From positions 13,876,992-13,911,954 of the forward strand of contig NC_068987.1 of assembly GCF_001194135.2 (NCBI RefSeq): DNA of 34,963 nt, given 5' to 3'. The stretch is from Octopus bimaculoides. Taxonomy: Eukaryota. The position numbers were made by a program, and so were the translations under genes. This document shows positions 33,006 to 34,963 of the stretch, piece after piece (within the stretch, counting starts at the first letter, position 1; the number at the start of each line of letters is the position of its first letter). Under the pieces are notes generated by a model. It was not told where the DNA came from. It made no database searches and saw only the letters and a list, made by a program, of their open reading frames with translations.

Positions 33006-33889
33006 ATATTTAGTATGCCTGGCTGTGTGTACTTAAATCACTTTCATAATTTTCAATGTGTCTATCTTTTCTCTCTTAATATATATGAAGGAAAATTTTC
33101 TGAAACTAAATATAAAAAGAACCTTTAAAAAAAAAAAAAAAAGAAAAAGAGTGACATTCTGTGTTTTTTCTTTTTAAGATCTCTGTGAAGATTTTTTTAT
33201 ATAATTAATAATTATTAAGAAAAATCTTTTTTCAAATATTATGACTATATCAAGAATTCTCTGCAAAAACTTTTTTGAATACACACAGACACACACACAA
33301 ACTACTGTTGTCTATGAACTCAATTGGTTGAACACTGCTTTAGAATGCAAGTATTCTTTATCTTAGCTGTCTGCAGCTAAGTGGAAAGCAAGCTATTAGT
33401 GTCTGCCTTAATACAACCATCCACAATTGTAACAATGTAAAATACTAAATTTTGCAATATATTTTACTGAAAAATTGCCAAAATATAGAGATTTTCTTTT
33501 CTTTTTTTTTTTCTCCTCTTTGATTCTTTGTGGTGGTTATTGTTTAGTTCCAGGTCAGTTCTGGTTTTGTGCAGACTTAAGTTCAAAGGTATTACAGTTA
33601 TGATTACTCCATATTTCTCTNNNNNNNNNNNNNNNNNNNNNNNNNNNNNNNNNNNNNNNNNNNNNNNNNNNNNNNNNNNNNNNNNNNNNNNNNNNNNNNN
33701 NNNNNNNNNNNNNNNNNNNNNNNNNNNNNNNNNNNNNNNNNNNNNNNNNNNNNNNNNNNNNNNNNNNNNNNNNNNNNNNNNNNNNNNNNNNNNNNNNNNN
33801 NNNNNNNNNNNNNNNNNNNNNNNNNNNNNNNNNNNNNNNNNNNNNNNNNNNNNNNNNNNNNNNNNNNNNNNNNATAAAAAGCTAAAAGT

Positions 33890-34482
33890 TATTTCCTTAT
33901 GATTTTGCCTTTCATCTCCGTGGGGTCGATAAAGTACCAGTAACATACCGAGATCAATAGAATTGACTAATCCTTTCCCCCGAGTCTCTGGCTGTGTGCC
34001 TAAATCATAAATCATTTAAGACACCAAGCAGGCAGAATCATCAAAGCTTTGGAAAAAATGCTTTGTAGTATTTGTACTGACTCGTCTTCTGAGTTCAGAT
34101 CCTGCCAAGGTTAACTTTGCCTTTCATCCATATGGCATTGATAAAATAAAGTAGCCGCAAAAACTGGGGTGATATAACCAATTAAGCCCCTTTCCTTAAA
34201 GTTGCTGGCCTTGTGTCAAAATTTGAAATCATTATTTGTAGTAGTAGTAGTCAGGCAATGAGCCGGCAGAATCGTTAAATCGCTGGACAAAATACTTTGC
34301 TGTATTTCATCAATCTTTACATTCTGAGTTTAAATTCCTCCAAGGTCAACTTTACCTTTCATCCATATGGCATTGATAAAATAAAGTAGCCGCAAAAACT
34401 GGGGTGATATAACCAATTAAGCACCTTTCCTTAAAATTGCTGGCCTTGTGTCAAAATTTGAAATCATTATTATTATTATTAT

Positions 34483-34519
<37 letters not shown>

Positions 34520-34963
34520 CAGGCAATGAGCTAGCAGAATCGTTAAATCGCTGAACAAAATACTTTGCTGTATTTCATCCATCTTTACATTCTGGGTTCA
34601 AATTCCTCCAAGGTCGACATTGCCTTTTATCCTTTTGGGGTCAATGAAACAAGTACTAGTTGAGTTCTGAGTACTGGGGTCAATGTAATCAACTAGCCCT
34701 CTTCACCAAAAGTGGAGACCTTGTGCGTATAACAGAAAGGATCATTATTATTATTAAGGTGGTGAGCTGGCAGAATCGTTAGCATGCCAGGAAAAATGCT
34801 TAGCAGCATTTCATGTGTCTGCACTTCTGGGTTCAGATTCCACCGAGGTCAACTTTGCCTTTCACCCTTTTGGTAGGGGTCGATAAATTGGTACCAGTGA
34901 AACACTGTGGATTGATGTAATCAACTGAACCCCTCCCTCAAGATTTCAGGCCTTGTGTCTTTA
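33890..34963 (+). mobile_element. Second head-to-tail array of family B SINEs, running off the window end
   Basis: Same motifs as 10162-11310, with (TTA)n/(GTA)n spacers. Confidence 0.85.

Overview
AT-rich, microsatellite- and SINE-dense animal genomic DNA from a gapped assembly (five N-runs). The repeat families look like those I recall from octopus, so the source is probably a coleoid cephalopod (inference). The only host gene I can support is a + strand, intron-rich C2CD5 (CDP138/KIAA0528) orthologue. Five exons are visible: 657-697, 2387-2517, 5177-5272, 7220-7280 and 8174-8299, all with canonical AG/GT and matching phases. One conserved exon is missing between 5272 and 7220, probably hidden in the 5704-5810 gap. 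No further exon is confidently visible in the 26.6 kb after 8299. Most ORFs in the supplied track are spurious (SINE or microsatellite translations). The rest is mobile DNA: several tRNA-derived SINE families, piggyBac-type TTAA MITEs (including a nested trio), a mariner deletion derivative, Tc1 and DUF4817-type transposase remnants, a hAT-like MITE and a long fold-back element. The most interesting signal is RNA-level: two unrelated minimal type I hammerhead ribozyme motifs of the Penelope-like/retrozyme kind. One is an inverted twin (23732-23943) whose five inter-copy differences all fall on structurally interpretable positions. The other is a tRNA-promoter + (AAT)n + hammerhead composite (19141-19530) that looks like a self-cleaving, possibly Penelope-dependent SINE. 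Repeat boundaries are read by eye and approximate. Family letters A-E, P1 and P2 are my own labels, not database names.
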